From Candidatus Eiseniibacteriota bacterium (GTDB taxonomy: Bacteria; Eisenbacteria; RBG-16-71-46): a stretch of 64,000 bases of DNA. The stretch is from contig OY970178.1 of assembly GCA_963707915.1 (NCBI GenBank), positions 1,120,001 to 1,184,000 of the forward strand, written 5' to 3'. This document shows positions 31,643 through 43,551 of this stretch, in pieces (positions within the stretch are counted from its first letter, which is position 1; the number at the start of each line of letters is the position of its first letter). The translations under genes and the position numbers were made by a program. The notes below the pieces were generated by a model, which was not told the origin of the DNA, made no database searches, and saw only the letters and a list, made by a program, of their open reading frames with translations.

Positions 31643-33549
31643 GGCCGCTTTCCGAGGGTCACCGTGACCTCGATCCTGCCCGCCTTGCGCTGGACCGCGA
31701 GCCGCACCGGCTGTCCCGGCTTCCGCGAGCGCAGCGCGTAGGCGTAGTCGTACAGGTTGTCGATGCGCACGTCGTCGAACTTCACGATCACGTCGCCCGG
31801 CTGGAGACCGGCCTGCTCGGCCGGGCTCCCCGCCCGCACCCCCGAGAGCAGCACGCCGCCCTCGGTCTGGGAGAAGTCCGGGATGGTGCCGAGGTAGGCG
31901 CCGTAGCCGCTCCCTCCCCCGATGCGCCCGGGCGTGCTGTCGGCCCGGGCCTTCAGGACGTGCGGGCGCGGGCGCGCGTCCAGCGACTCGACCAGGGCGG
32001 CGGCGAAGCGCGTCACGCGCCAGAGGCCCTGCCCATCGATCCGGTCCCAGGTGTCGGTCGGCCGGTGGTAGTCCGCGTGGGCGCCGGTGAAGAGCATCAA
32101 CACGGGCACCTGTCGCTTGTAGAACGAGGATTGGTCGCTCGGGCCGTAGCCGTCCCCCGAGGTCTTGAGGACGAAGCCGGCCGCGCGATTCACGTTCTCG
32201 ACCAGTGCCGGGAACTCCTCGGCCGTTCCGGTCCCCATGACCATCAGCTTGTCGTCCTGGAGACGGCCCACCATGTCCAGGTTGATCATGGTCTCGACGC
32301 TCGCGAGCGGCCGCGGCGGGCGGTCCACGAAGTGCGAGGACCCGACGACGCCCATCTCCTCGCCGGTGAAGGCCGCGAAGACCAGGTCGTGCTCCGGCCG
32401 CCATCCCGCGCGGGTCCGCTCCGCGAGCAGCCGGGCCGCGCCGAGCAACGCGGCGGTGCCCGAGGCGTTGTCGTCGGCGCCCGGGTGGACGACGCGCTCG
32501 TCGGGACGCAGCGAGCGCTCGCCGCCGAAGCCGAGGTGGTCGTAGTGGGCCCCGACCACCAGCACGCGCGCGGTGTCGCGGCCCGGGAGCAGGCCCACGA
32601 CGTTGCGGATGCCGGCGCGCGTGCGCGCCAGCGTGACGGTCATCGTCACCGAGTCGGGGATCGGGAAGCCGCGCGGCCGGGTGACGCTGTCGATGGCCAG
32701 CTGGGCCGCCAGCAGGCTGGTGCCCGCGCGGCGCATCAGCGCCTCGCCGAGCGAGTCCGCGAGCCAGCCCGCCAGCAACCCGCTCGACATGTAGCCCTGG
32801 CCGTCCGCGCGCGGCCGGCGCACCGGCTCGCCGGCGTGCCAGCGCGGGCCGTTCACCACCAGCAGCCCCAGCGCGCCGTGCTCGCGGGCGTTGATCGCCT
32901 TGGTGCGCAGCTCGGCGAACGGCGTGTTCACCGTGCCGTCGAAGCGGCTGGTCGAGTCCAGCTCGCCGGGTTCGTTCGAGAGCACCAGCACGATCCTGTC
33001 CCGCACGTCCAGCGCGGCGTAGTCGTCGTACTCGTGGCCCGGCGCCGTGATGCCGTAGCCGGCGAACACCACCGGCGCGGTGAGCGTGCCGTTGCTCGAG
33101 TATCCGAGCGGCTGGAAGGCGTCGCCGGCCTCGTGCCGCGCCCCGTCCACGAGGATGGCCGTCGGGCTCCCGACCTCCACCCCGGTGGTCACCTCGAAGC
33201 GCTGGCTCCAGGTGCCGCCGTCGCCGGCAGGCTGGAGCCCGATGTCCCGCATGGAACGCTCGATCCGCTCGGCCGCCCGCTCGAGCCCCTGCGTCCCGAC
33301 CCCGCGCCCCTCGAGCCCCGGGTCGGCCAGCTCGCGGACCAGCCCCAGCACGCGGGCGCTGTCGGAGAGCGCGCCCGCGACGGATGCTTCCCGGGCCACC
33401 GGTGCGGCGGCGACGGGCACGCGCCGGGGGGCGGCCGGCGGCTTCGGCACCCCCCCGAGGCGGCCCCGCTCGCCGATGGCCTGCGGGCTCGCCGCCCCGG
33501 CCGCTCCCAGCAGGAGCGCCGCCAGCGCCAGCGCCGGCAGGGACCTCAC
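31639..33549 (-). CDS. M28 metallopeptidase with PA and C-terminal PDZ domains
   Basis: Signal peptide, VFAGYGI, GAHYDHLG, GADDNASG, FTGEEMG..GS, NLDMVG, SDQ..F, DYHRPTD, YLGTIPD/GSPA..AGL..GD. Confidence 0.92.
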   Translation of the reverse strand: MRSLPALALAALLLGAAGAASPQAIGERGRLGGVPKPPAAPRRVPVAAAPVAREASVAGALSDSARVLGLVRELADPGLEGRGVGTQGLERAAERIERSMRDIGLQPAGDGGTWSQRFEVTTGVEVGSPTAILVDGARHEAGDAFQPLGYSSNGTLTAPVVFAGYGITAPGHEYDDYAALDVRDRIVLVLSNEPGELDSTSRFDGTVNTPFAELRTKAINAREHGALGLLVVNGPRWHAGEPVRRPRADGQGYMSSGLLAGWLADSLGEALMRRAGTSLLAAQLAIDSVTRPRGFPIPDSVTMTVTLARTRAGIRNVVGLLPGRDTARVLVVGAHYDHLGFGGERSLRPDERVVHPGADDNASGTAALLGAARLLAERTRAGWRPEHDLVFAAFTGEEMGVVGSSHFVDRPPRPLASVETMINLDMVGRLQDDKLMVMGTGTAEEFPALVENVNRAAGFVLKTSGDGYGPSDQSSFYKRQVPVLMLFTGAHADYHRPTDTWDRIDGQGLWRVTRFAAALVESLDARPRPHVLKARADSTPGRIGGGSGYGAYLGTIPDFSQTEGGVLLSGVRAGSPAEQAGLQPGDVIVKFDDVRIDNLYDYAYALRSRKPGQPVRLAVQRKAGRIEVTVTLGKRP

Positions 33550-34370
33550 GACCGCTCCTCCCAGAGGATCCTCATGCCCTGGAGCGTGAGTCCCTCGTCG
33601 ACGGCCTCGACGGTCTCGCACTCGGGGGCCACCACCTTCGCCCAGCCGCCCGTGGCGATCACCCGGGGCTTCCCCTTCATCTCGCGCGCGAGGCGGCGCA
33701 CCAGCGCGTCCACCAACCCTGCCGCGCCCCACAGCACGCCGGCCCGCAGCGACTCCTCGGTGGTGCGCCCGAGCGCCCGGCGCGGCCGCTGCAGCTCGAC
33801 ACGCGGCACGCGGGCGGCGCGCCGGAACAACTCCTCGGCCGAGGTGCCGACGCCCGGCGAGATCGCGCCCCCCAGGTAGTCGCCCTCGCGCGAGATGCAG
33901 TCGAAGGTGGTGGCCGTGCCCAGGTCCACCACGATGGCCGGCGTGCCGTACAGCGCGCGCGCCCCGATCGCGTTGGCGATGCGGTCGGCGCCCACCGCGC
34001 CCGGGTCCTGGTAGCGGATCCGGAGCAGGCCGCGCACGGACCCGGCCGTCACCTCGAGCGGCGCCCGCCCGGTGAACCGTGCGAGCGCCTCGTTCCAGGC
34101 CGTCGTCAGGTTGGGCACCACCGAGCAGAGCACGGCGGCGCGCGGACGCGCCCCCCGCCCGCCCCCCAGGATCCGCTCGAGCAGCAGCAGCGCCTCGTCG
34201 GCGGTGAGGCGCCCGCTCGTCAGGCGCCAGAACCCGTCCAGCGCGGCGCCGCGGAAGCGCCCCGCGACGGTGTCGCTGTTGCCGATGTCCACGGCCAGCA
34301 GTTGGTTGCCGCGGCCCGGCGCCGCCCGGCGGGTCCGGGTCGGGGTCCGGGGCGTGCGCCGCTCAGGCAC
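33546..34370 (-). CDS. coaX: Type III pantothenate kinase
   Basis: LAVDIGNS, SVVP, VGADR, VVDLGTATT.D, GG.I.PG, ATGG, L.L.G. Confidence 0.95.
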   Translation of the reverse strand: MPERRTPRTPTRTRRAAPGRGNQLLAVDIGNSDTVAGRFRGAALDGFWRLTSGRLTADEALLLLERILGGGRGARPRAAVLCSVVPNLTTAWNEALARFTGRAPLEVTAGSVRGLLRIRYQDPGAVGADRIANAIGARALYGTPAIVVDLGTATTFDCISREGDYLGGAISPGVGTSAEELFRRAARVPRVELQRPRRALGRTTEESLRAGVLWGAAGLVDALVRRLAREMKGKPRVIATGGWAKVVAPECETVEAVDEGLTLQGMRILWEERS

Positions 34371-35142
34371 GGTCCGCCTCCTTCACGATGTCGGCGTCGG
34401 CGCCGGGCCCGGTGTCCGGCTCGCGCCGGCGCCGCGCCACGAGCCACGAGAGTCCGACGCTCAGGAAGTAGAGCCCGATCATCGGGGCCCCCATGATCAG
34501 CTGGGCCGTCACCACGTCGCCGGGCGTGATGATGGCCGTGAGCAGGAACACACCGACCAGGGCGTAGCGCCACTGGCGCAGCAGGAAGCCCGGCGTGACC
34601 AGCCCGAGCGCGGTGAGCGTCATCGTGACGAGCGGCAGCTGGAACACGACGCCGCAGGCCAGCGCCAGGTTGTAGAAGAACGAGAGCAGGGACCCGACGC
34701 GGATCTGGGCCTGCATGCTGGGCGTCATGAACCCGCTCAGCACGTGCACCACCAGCGGCGTGACGTAGAAGTACGCGCTCGCCGCTCCCGCCATGAAGAG
34801 CAGCATCGAGAGCAGCGCCATCGGCAGGATGAGCCGCCGCTCGCGCTTGAACAGGCCCGGGACGATGAAGCTCCAGACCTGGACGAAGACGATCGGCAGC
34901 GCGATGCACAGCCCGAGGAGGAAGGTCAGCTTGAGCCGCTCGTTGAAGGCCTCGAGCGGATCGAGCACGACGACTCGCCTCACCGTGCGCTGGACGATGT
35001 CCTCGAGCACGCGCGGCGCCAGCCACCAGCCGCCGATCGCCCCCACCGCGCAGGCGGCCAGCGAACGGGTCAGCACCTTGCGCAACTCCTCCAGGTGCTG
35101 GAGGAAGCTCATCTCCCCGGCGGGCCGCGGTTCGCCGCTCAC
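34363..35142 (-). CDS. tatC: Twin-arginine translocase TatC
   Basis: MSFLQHLEELR, W.FI.PGL...ER, G.VFQLP, AIITP.D. Confidence 0.94.
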   Translation of the reverse strand: MSGEPRPAGEMSFLQHLEELRKVLTRSLAACAVGAIGGWWLAPRVLEDIVQRTVRRVVVLDPLEAFNERLKLTFLLGLCIALPIVFVQVWSFIVPGLFKRERRLILPMALLSMLLFMAGAASAYFYVTPLVVHVLSGFMTPSMQAQIRVGSLLSFFYNLALACGVVFQLPLVTMTLTALGLVTPGFLLRQWRYALVGVFLLTAIITPGDVVTAQLIMGAPMIGLYFLSVGLSWLVARRRREPDTGPGADADIVKEADRA

Positions 35143-35993
35143 GGCCCCACCGCCCCCGGGGCGGTCTCGAGGTCGCCCGCCAGCACCACGGTCTCGGTGC
35201 CGCCCGCGAGCTCCAGCCTCAGCGCCCCGTCCGGGTCGAGGCCGCGCGCGACCCCGCTCAGCGTCCCGGCGGGCGTGCGCACGGTCACCGCGCGGTCCCA
35301 GAAGTCGGCGCGCGCGCTCCACCCGGCGAGCAGCGCCTCGCGCCCGCCCTCCCGCAACGCCGTCCACAGGTCCTCGAGCGCGGCCAGGAACGCGGCCGCC
35401 ACGCTCTCGCGGTCGGTCGCGACCCCGGCGAGCGCGAGCGAGGTCGCCGTCCCGGCGATCCCGGGCGGGAAGTCCGCGGCCGCCTGCGCCACGTTGACCC
35501 CCACGCCCACCACCGCCGCGTCGCGCGCCACCGCCGGTGCCGCCGCGCCTCCCGGCGGCGACGTGGGATAGCCCGACGCGGGCGGGACCCGCCGGCTCTC
35601 GCACAGCACGCCCGCCACCTTGCGTCCGCCGAGCAGCACGTCGTTCGGCCACTTGAGCGCGGGGGCGGCGCCGAGCGACTCGAGGGCCTGCGCCACCGCC
35701 AGCCCCGCCGCCAGCGGCAGCAGGCCCAGCGCACGGCGGTCGCAACCCTGGTGGAGCACGACCGAGAGCGCGAGCGACTTGCCGGGAGCGGTGTGCCACG
35801 CGCGCCCGGCGCGGCCGCGGCCCCGGAGCTGGGCGTCGGCCACCACGATCGTGCCGTCCGGCGCGTCCCCGGTGAGCGCTTCCCACGCCTCGTCGTTGGT
35901 GGAGCCGACCTCGGCCCGCGTCACCAGCGTGCGGCCCAGCCGGCGGGTCGTGAGCCGCGACCCGAAGCGCACCCGGTCGAAGGTGCTAGCCAA
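35139..35993 (-). CDS. birA: Biotin--[acetyl-CoA carboxylase] ligase
   Basis: STND, Q..GRGR.GR.W, LKWPNDV...RKVAG.L, GVGVNV. Confidence 0.93.
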   Translation of the reverse strand: MASTFDRVRFGSRLTTRRLGRTLVTRAEVGSTNDEAWEALTGDAPDGTIVVADAQLRGRGRAGRAWHTAPGKSLALSVVLHQGCDRRALGLLPLAAGLAVAQALESLGAAPALKWPNDVLLGGRKVAGVLCESRRVPPASGYPTSPPGGAAAPAVARDAAVVGVGVNVAQAAADFPPGIAGTATSLALAGVATDRESVAAAFLAALEDLWTALREGGREALLAGWSARADFWDRAVTVRTPAGTLSGVARGLDPDGALRLELAGGTETVVLAGDLETAPGAVGP

Positions 35994-36879
35994 CGTCCTC
36001 GATCTCCAGGCTCAGGTTGAGGGCCGGCGCCGAGTGCGTGAGCGCCCCGATCGACAGGTAGTCCACGCCGGTCTCGGCGTAGGCGCGCGCGGTGGCCAGG
36101 GTGATGCCCCCCGAGACCTCGACCTCGGGCCAGCGCCGCGCCCCGGGGGTCATACGCGGGCTGTCGGGCGGGTGCTTGCGGCACCACGCGTCCACCACCT
36201 CGACCGCGCTCTTCACCTCGGCCGGCGGACGGTTGTCCACCAGGATCCGGTCGACCTCGGGCCGCAGCGCCTCGCGCAACTGGTCGAGCGACTCGACCTC
36301 GACCTCGAGCAGCAGGTCGCCCTGGCGCGTGCGCAGGATGCGCTCGAGCGCCGCCGACACCCCGCCCGCCGCGCGGATGTGGTTGTCCTTGACGAGGTAC
36401 ATGTCCCACAGGGCGAGCCGGTGGTTGTCCCCGCCACCGCACTTGACCGCGTACTTCTCGAGGAAGCGCAGCCCCGGCGTGGTCTTGCGCGTGTCGAGGA
36501 TGGTCGCGCCGGTGCCCGCGACCTGGTCGACGAAGCGCCGGGTCAGGGTGGCGATGCCGCACAGCCGCTGGAGGAAGTTGAGCGCCGTGCGCTCGGCCTT
36601 GAGGATGCCGCCCACCTCGCCGGTGATCTGGGCCAGCGCCGCGCCGGCCTGGAGCCGGTCGCCGTCCTCGGCCAGCGGGCGGAACTTGAGCCGCTGCTCG
36701 GCCTCGCGGAAGGTGAGGCGCGCCACGTCGATCCCGGCCGCCACGCCGTCCTCGCGGGTCACGATGACGGCGCGCGCGTTCACGCCGGAGGGGATCGAGT
36801 TGAGCGTGGTGATGTCCCCGGTGCCCACGTCCTCGGAGAGCGCGTACTTGACCAGCGGCAGGGCGATGGCTTCGAGCAC
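35986..36879 (-). CDS. nadC: Quinolinate phosphoribosyltransferase (carboxylating)
   Basis: ED.G.GDIT, ERTALN, DTRKTTPG.R..EKYAV, HR..L.D, KDNH, EVEV, SGGI, GALTHS. Confidence 0.96.
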   Translation of the reverse strand: MLEAIALPLVKYALSEDVGTGDITTLNSIPSGVNARAVIVTREDGVAAGIDVARLTFREAEQRLKFRPLAEDGDRLQAGAALAQITGEVGGILKAERTALNFLQRLCGIATLTRRFVDQVAGTGATILDTRKTTPGLRFLEKYAVKCGGGDNHRLALWDMYLVKDNHIRAAGGVSAALERILRTRQGDLLLEVEVESLDQLREALRPEVDRILVDNRPPAEVKSAVEVVDAWCRKHPPDSPRMTPGARRWPEVEVSGGITLATARAYAETGVDYLSIGALTHSAPALNLSLEIEDVG

Positions 36880-38985
<2,106 letters not shown>

Positions 38986-39078
38986 GGCCGCGCGATGCTA
39001 CCCGAGCCGGGGCGGGGGGTCGAGCGGGCACGAAGGATCGGGCGGGCGTCACCTGCGGGGGCGCGGCACCCCGGTATG

Positions 39079-39348
39079 GGGGGGCGAGCCGAGGCACCCT
39101 GCGCTCGCCCCCGGCCATCCCCGCGCACCGCCGGCTCGTCGCCCGACCCCGGGAACCTGCCCGGGTGGCGCGGCGGCCGGTCGCCGAGTCGGGACCGGGG
39201 CGCGAGATGGCGCGGGGGCCGGAGACCGCGGTAGGCGAGCAGAGGCACCATGCGCTCGCCTACCACGGTCCCCGGCCCCCGCTCGCCAATGCCGGCCCCG
39301 AATCGCCGAGGCACCACGCGCTCGCCCACCGCGGTCCCCGGCCCCCGC
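39079..39348. repeat. Cluster of REP-like palindromic repeats in the uvrB/DUF4139 intergenic region
   Basis: Three copies of GAGGCACC-N2-GCGCTCGCC (about 39091, 39242, 39308); a 29-bp stem with 2 mismatches at 39212-39282 containing GTAG...CTAC. Confidence 0.7.
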
Positions 39349-39353
39349 GTCTC

Positions 39354-40703
39354 TCAGTACCGCACGCGCGCCGTGTAGCTCAGCACGGCTTCCTTGCCGG
39401 CCGCCACCGGGATCGCGAACTCGATCGTGCCGGCGTCCTTGCGCGTGAACTCGTGCGTCTTCTGCGTGATCTCGGTGTCTCCGCCCACGCTCTCCTGCAC
39501 GACGATCACCACGTCGCCGGGCTTGCGGTCGCGCAGCTTGATCTCGACGGCGTACTCGCGCTCGCGCTCGCTGATGCGCTTGTTGTACAGGTCGCGCCGT
39601 TCCGCCTTGAGGTCGAACGCGGCGCCCACCTCGAGCGTGAGCTTCTCCCCCTCCGGGGTGTGGGGGATGCTGGCCTCGCCGGTGAACTGCGGGGCGCCCG
39701 CCGGGTCGGTCTCGTAGATCCGCACGCGCCCGGCGGGCAGCGGCAGGCCGAGCCCGGCCTCCTTCGAGTCCACGACCTGCAGCTGGGTCATGACGCCGCG
39801 GGGGTCGCCGCCGCGGTAGACGTAGCGGGGCGCCACCTTCACCACGCGCGGCTCGATCATGGTGAAGGACTGCTGCTCGCGCCCGCGCAGCGTCGCCGGA
39901 CGGCCGAGCGTGTACAGGTGGTACTCGGAGAAGCTCTCCTCGCCGAGGTCGGGCGCGCCCGCCGCCTTCATGCCGGCGTCCATCGCCATGGCGCGCATCA
40001 TGGGCACGGGCCGCGCCTGGTCGCGGGCGGGCTCGCCCGCCACCAACTTGAGCGTGGCATCCACGAAGTCCCGGCCGGTGGCGTTCTCCACGGTCACGGC
40101 GGCCGACCAGACCGCCTCGCGCTCGCCGCGCCGCACCACCGTGTGCTCGGCGCTCCAGGAGAGCCCGCCGGTCAGGTACGACAACTCGGCGGAGGTGCTA
40201 CCCCGCCGGCCGTCCTCGAGCACGGCCTCGAGCGTGGGCCGCAGCGCGAGCCGCGCCGCCGGGGTGGCCAGCCGCACCGCCTCGACCGCGCTGCGCGCGA
40301 GCGTCGAGAGCGAGCCGTCGTCGGCGCGCACCACGAGCCACGAGCCGTCGCCGGCGACCAGCGTGCCCTCCGTCACGCGGTCGCCGCGCGAGCTCACGCT
40401 CACGCGCCGGCCGGCCGCGTTCTCGAGCAAGGCGTCGCCGCTCGCCGCGTCCCAGCGGTAGGCGAGCCGCGCGAGGCGCGCCGCGCCCGCGGGGACCAGC
40501 CGCACCGAGGTGAAGTCCAGCCGCTCGGGGAGGTCGGAGATCCGCACGGTGTCGCGCCCGCCCGCCAGCTCCAGCACGCGGGTCTCGCGCACGTAGCCGA
40601 GGTCGCGGGTGTAGACCGTGACGGCGGGGCCGGCGGCCGCGGCCGCCGTGGCCAGCACGAGGGACAGTCCGAGAGCGAATCCCGCAGCGTTCGATCGGTT
40701 CAT
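39354..40703 (-). CDS. Secreted DUF4139-domain protein
   Basis: Signal peptide, VTVY..DLG.VRE.R, LSYLTGGLSW.A, LKLVAG, EYHLY.L, LP.GRVR.Y, HTP.GE; GGAGG RBS. Confidence 0.85.
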   Translation of the reverse strand: MNRSNAAGFALGLSLVLATAAAAAGPAVTVYTRDLGYVRETRVLELAGGRDTVRISDLPERLDFTSVRLVPAGAARLARLAYRWDAASGDALLENAAGRRVSVSSRGDRVTEGTLVAGDGSWLVVRADDGSLSTLARSAVEAVRLATPAARLALRPTLEAVLEDGRRGSTSAELSYLTGGLSWSAEHTVVRRGEREAVWSAAVTVENATGRDFVDATLKLVAGEPARDQARPVPMMRAMAMDAGMKAAGAPDLGEESFSEYHLYTLGRPATLRGREQQSFTMIEPRVVKVAPRYVYRGGDPRGVMTQLQVVDSKEAGLGLPLPAGRVRIYETDPAGAPQFTGEASIPHTPEGEKLTLEVGAAFDLKAERRDLYNKRISEREREYAVEIKLRDRKPGDVVIVVQESVGGDTEITQKTHEFTRKDAGTIEFAIPVAAGKEAVLSYTARVRY

Positions 40704-40852
40704 CGTTCCTCCTGGTCTTCGTGGTGGGGCCGGCGGCGGAACCGCCGTCGGGCGCGGTCGGTTCGCCTTCGCGGCATCGGGCCGTGGATCGTCCGGGCTG
40801 GATACGCCGGTCGCGCGCGGGCATTCCCCGCCACCGGCCACGACGCGGGACC

Positions 40853-41746
40853 TCACGACGGGTCTCCCCGCGCCAGCCGGTCCGCGAAGGTCGCCGGTTC
40901 GAACCGGTTCGCGACCCACTCGAGCACCTGGTCGAGGGCGGCGAGCTTGTCGGCCAGCGGCAGCCGCATGCCCGGGTGCCGCGCCAGGCGCGGGTCCACG
41001 CCGTCCTCGGCGAGTCCCAGCGCGTCCACCGCGTGCAGCGTGTACGAGAGCGCCTCGCCGCGCCGGGCGAACCCCTCGATGCGCCGGCGCGTCGGCCCCG
41101 GCCCGCCCAGCAGGCGCAGCGTGTGGTAGACCGGCCAGCGCGCGACCGGCGTGACCGAGGCCGGGAAGCCGGCCAGCCCGCCCGGCGCCCGGGCGCGGTG
41201 CGGCGCACGCCCGAGCGAGTGCGGGAGCAGCCGCATGCGCAGCACCCCCGCCGGGTCGCCTCCCCGCAGCGCCAGCACGACGCGCGCGGCGGCGAGCAGC
41301 GGCGTCGGGTAGCCCGAGGCGTCGTAGCGGTAGCCCGCCGCCTGCACCTCGCCCAGCACGCGGTCGTCCACGTCGAAGTTGGGCGCACGGAAGCCTGCCA
41401 CCGCGCGCCCGATCGCGGCCTCGAGCACGCGCTTCGACTCCGCGATCTCGCGGCGCAACGCCTCGGCCGGCAGCCGGGTGAGCGCGAGCGGGTGCGTGAG
41501 CGAGTGGCTGGCCACCTCGTGCCCGGCGGTCGCGAGGCCCCGGATGGCCGCCGCGTGGGAGGCGGCGTCCCGGCCCACGCAGAAGAAGGTCGCGCGCACT
41601 CCGCTGCGGGCGAAACGATCGAGCAGGCGCGGCAGGGCCAGGTCGTAGACCTGCGGGTCCGGCGGGAGACCGCGCGCCCCGTACCCCAGGAGGTGCAGGT
41701 CCACGGGATCGACGTCCACGTTCACGGTGGCGAACGGACGGGTCAT
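40853..41746 (-). CDS. Polysaccharide deacetylase (CE4/NodB family)
   Basis: VDVD, RATFFCVG, GHEVASHS.TH, GFRAP, Y.YDAS. Confidence 0.88.
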   Translation of the reverse strand: MTRPFATVNVDVDPVDLHLLGYGARGLPPDPQVYDLALPRLLDRFARSGVRATFFCVGRDAASHAAAIRGLATAGHEVASHSLTHPLALTRLPAEALRREIAESKRVLEAAIGRAVAGFRAPNFDVDDRVLGEVQAAGYRYDASGYPTPLLAAARVVLALRGGDPAGVLRMRLLPHSLGRAPHRARAPGGLAGFPASVTPVARWPVYHTLRLLGGPGPTRRRIEGFARRGEALSYTLHAVDALGLAEDGVDPRLARHPGMRLPLADKLAALDQVLEWVANRFEPATFADRLARGDPS

Positions 41747-42240
41747 CGGGACCCGCTCCCGTGCCGGCGAAGGACGCGGGCACCCGGCCGGCCGAAGCCG
41801 CCGGACGGCGGGCGCAGCACGCGTTCTCTCCCGAAACGTGGATGTCGAGCCACGGCCGCTCCTGGGTGGACGGGCGAGGCGCGGTCTTCTCGACGCAGCG
41901 CCGCCTTCCTGAACATACGGACCACGAGCAGGGTGGGCAAGCCTCGCGCCCGCGATCCGGACAGGGCGACCCTGGCCGGGCGCCGGTGGACGGCGCGTGC
42001 TTCCCGACCGTCCCCGCCCGGCCTCCCTGCCGGCCCTGGCCGGGTTGCCCGCCCACCCCCTGCCCGCGTAGCCTGCGGCGCATGCAGGACTGGTGAAACC
42101 TGCCGCGCTCGCGCTGCAGAGGATGCGGGTTCCTGCCGACAACCTGAGGATGGATCCGTGGGCGCCCGCGGCCGGTTCGACCCGACGGGGCGCTCCAGGC
42201 TGCGCACCCCACTCCCCCGACTCCGGGCGCGAGGTGTCCC

Positions 42241-43551
42241 ATGCAAGCGCGCGTCGCTGTCATCGGCGGCGGCATCTCCGGTCTCGCCAGCGCGTTCCGG
42301 CTGTCCGGTCTCGGGCACCGGGTCACGCTGCTGGAGAGCGAGAGCTTCCTAGGGGGCCTCGGCGCCACCTTCCCGTGGCGGGACGGCCACCTCGAGAAGT
42401 TCTACCACTGCATCCTCCCCGACGACCGCCACCTGCTCGCGTTGATCGCCGAGCTGGGGCTGGGGAGCGAGTTGCTCTGGAAGCGCTCCCGGATGGGGTT
42501 CATGTACCGGGGCCGTACCTGGCCCATGAACGGACCGCTCGACCTGCTGCGCTTCGGCCCGCTCTCCCCGCTCGAACGCGTCCGGCTCGGCCTCATGGCC
42601 CTGGCGATCCGCCGGGACGGCCTCGACCCCGCGCTCGACCGCGTCACGGCCGGCGATTGGATCCGCCGCCGGATCGGCGAGCGCGCCTTCGAGGTCCTCT
42701 GGCGGCCGCTGCTCGAGGCCAAGATCGGCGACGGTCACGCGGGGTTGCCCGCGCTCTGGCTCACCAGCCGGATGAGCCGCGAGAAGACCGCGGGGCCCGA
42801 GGTCAAGGGCTGCCTGGTGCGGGGCTACCGCTCGCTCATCGACGCCGCCGAGCGTGGGGTGCGCGAGCGGGGCGCCGACGTGCGCCTCGGGGTGAACGTC
42901 CGCGCCATCGAGCGCGACGGGGAGGCCATGGCGCTGCGCTACGCGGACGGCTCGAGCGAGCGGTTCGACCAGGTGGTGGCGACCTCGCCCCTGCCGCGGT
43001 TCCAGGCGATGACGCGCTCGCTGCGGCTCGACCCCGCCATCGCGGACCTGGAGCTCGACTACCAGGGCGTGGTGAACAGCGTGTTCCTGCTGCCGCGGCC
43101 GCTCACCTCGAACTACTGGATGCCCATCGTGGACAGCGGCACCACCTGCCAGGGCGTGATCGAGATGTCGAACCTGGTCCCGCCGGAACGCTCGCAGGGA
43201 CTCCACGTCACCTACGTCGTCAACTACACGCACCGCAGCGGGCCGCTGTTCGCGCGCAGCGAGGACGAGGTGCTGGCGGCCCACCGCGCCGACCTGGAGC
43301 GGCTGTTCCCCGGCTCGACCCGTGACCTGGCGGGGGCGTTCGTGTTCCGCGCCCCGCACGTCGAGCCCATCTGGCACCTCGACTACGGCCGCCACGTGCC
43401 CCCGACGACGGTGATCCCGGGGCGGCTCTACCTGGCGTGTACGGCGCAGGTCTACCCGAGCGTCAACTCGTGGAACTCCTGCTGCGCGGTGGTCGAGCGG
43501 CTGGTGGCGGACCACGCCGCCGATCTCGCGGCCCCGGCGAGGCCCGCGTGA
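42241..43551 (+). CDS. FAD-dependent oxidoreductase (amine oxidase/PPO/Glf-like, glycan-locus type)
   Basis: VAVIGGGISGL.SA, E....LGGL, LEKFYH, W.PLL.AK.G. Confidence 0.8.
   Translation: MQARVAVIGGGISGLASAFRLSGLGHRVTLLESESFLGGLGATFPWRDGHLEKFYHCILPDDRHLLALIAELGLGSELLWKRSRMGFMYRGRTWPMNGPLDLLRFGPLSPLERVRLGLMALAIRRDGLDPALDRVTAGDWIRRRIGERAFEVLWRPLLEAKIGDGHAGLPALWLTSRMSREKTAGPEVKGCLVRGYRSLIDAAERGVRERGADVRLGVNVRAIERDGEAMALRYADGSSERFDQVVATSPLPRFQAMTRSLRLDPAIADLELDYQGVVNSVFLLPRPLTSNYWMPIVDSGTTCQGVIEMSNLVPPERSQGLHVTYVVNYTHRSGPLFARSEDEVLAAHRADLERLFPGSTRDLAGAFVFRAPHVEPIWHLDYGRHVPPTTVIPGRLYLACTAQVYPSVNSWNSCCAVVERLVADHAADLAAPARPA

Noticed and set aside
39079..39348. Repeats upstream of uvrB as a CRISPR array or an ORF
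   Set aside because: Irregular spacing, inverted arrangement and no cas genes; overlapping ORFs are low-complexity
42116..42142. GCCGACAA as a sigma28 -10 upstream of the oxidoreductase operon
   Set aside because: No TCAAG/TAAAG-like -35 at the required spacing
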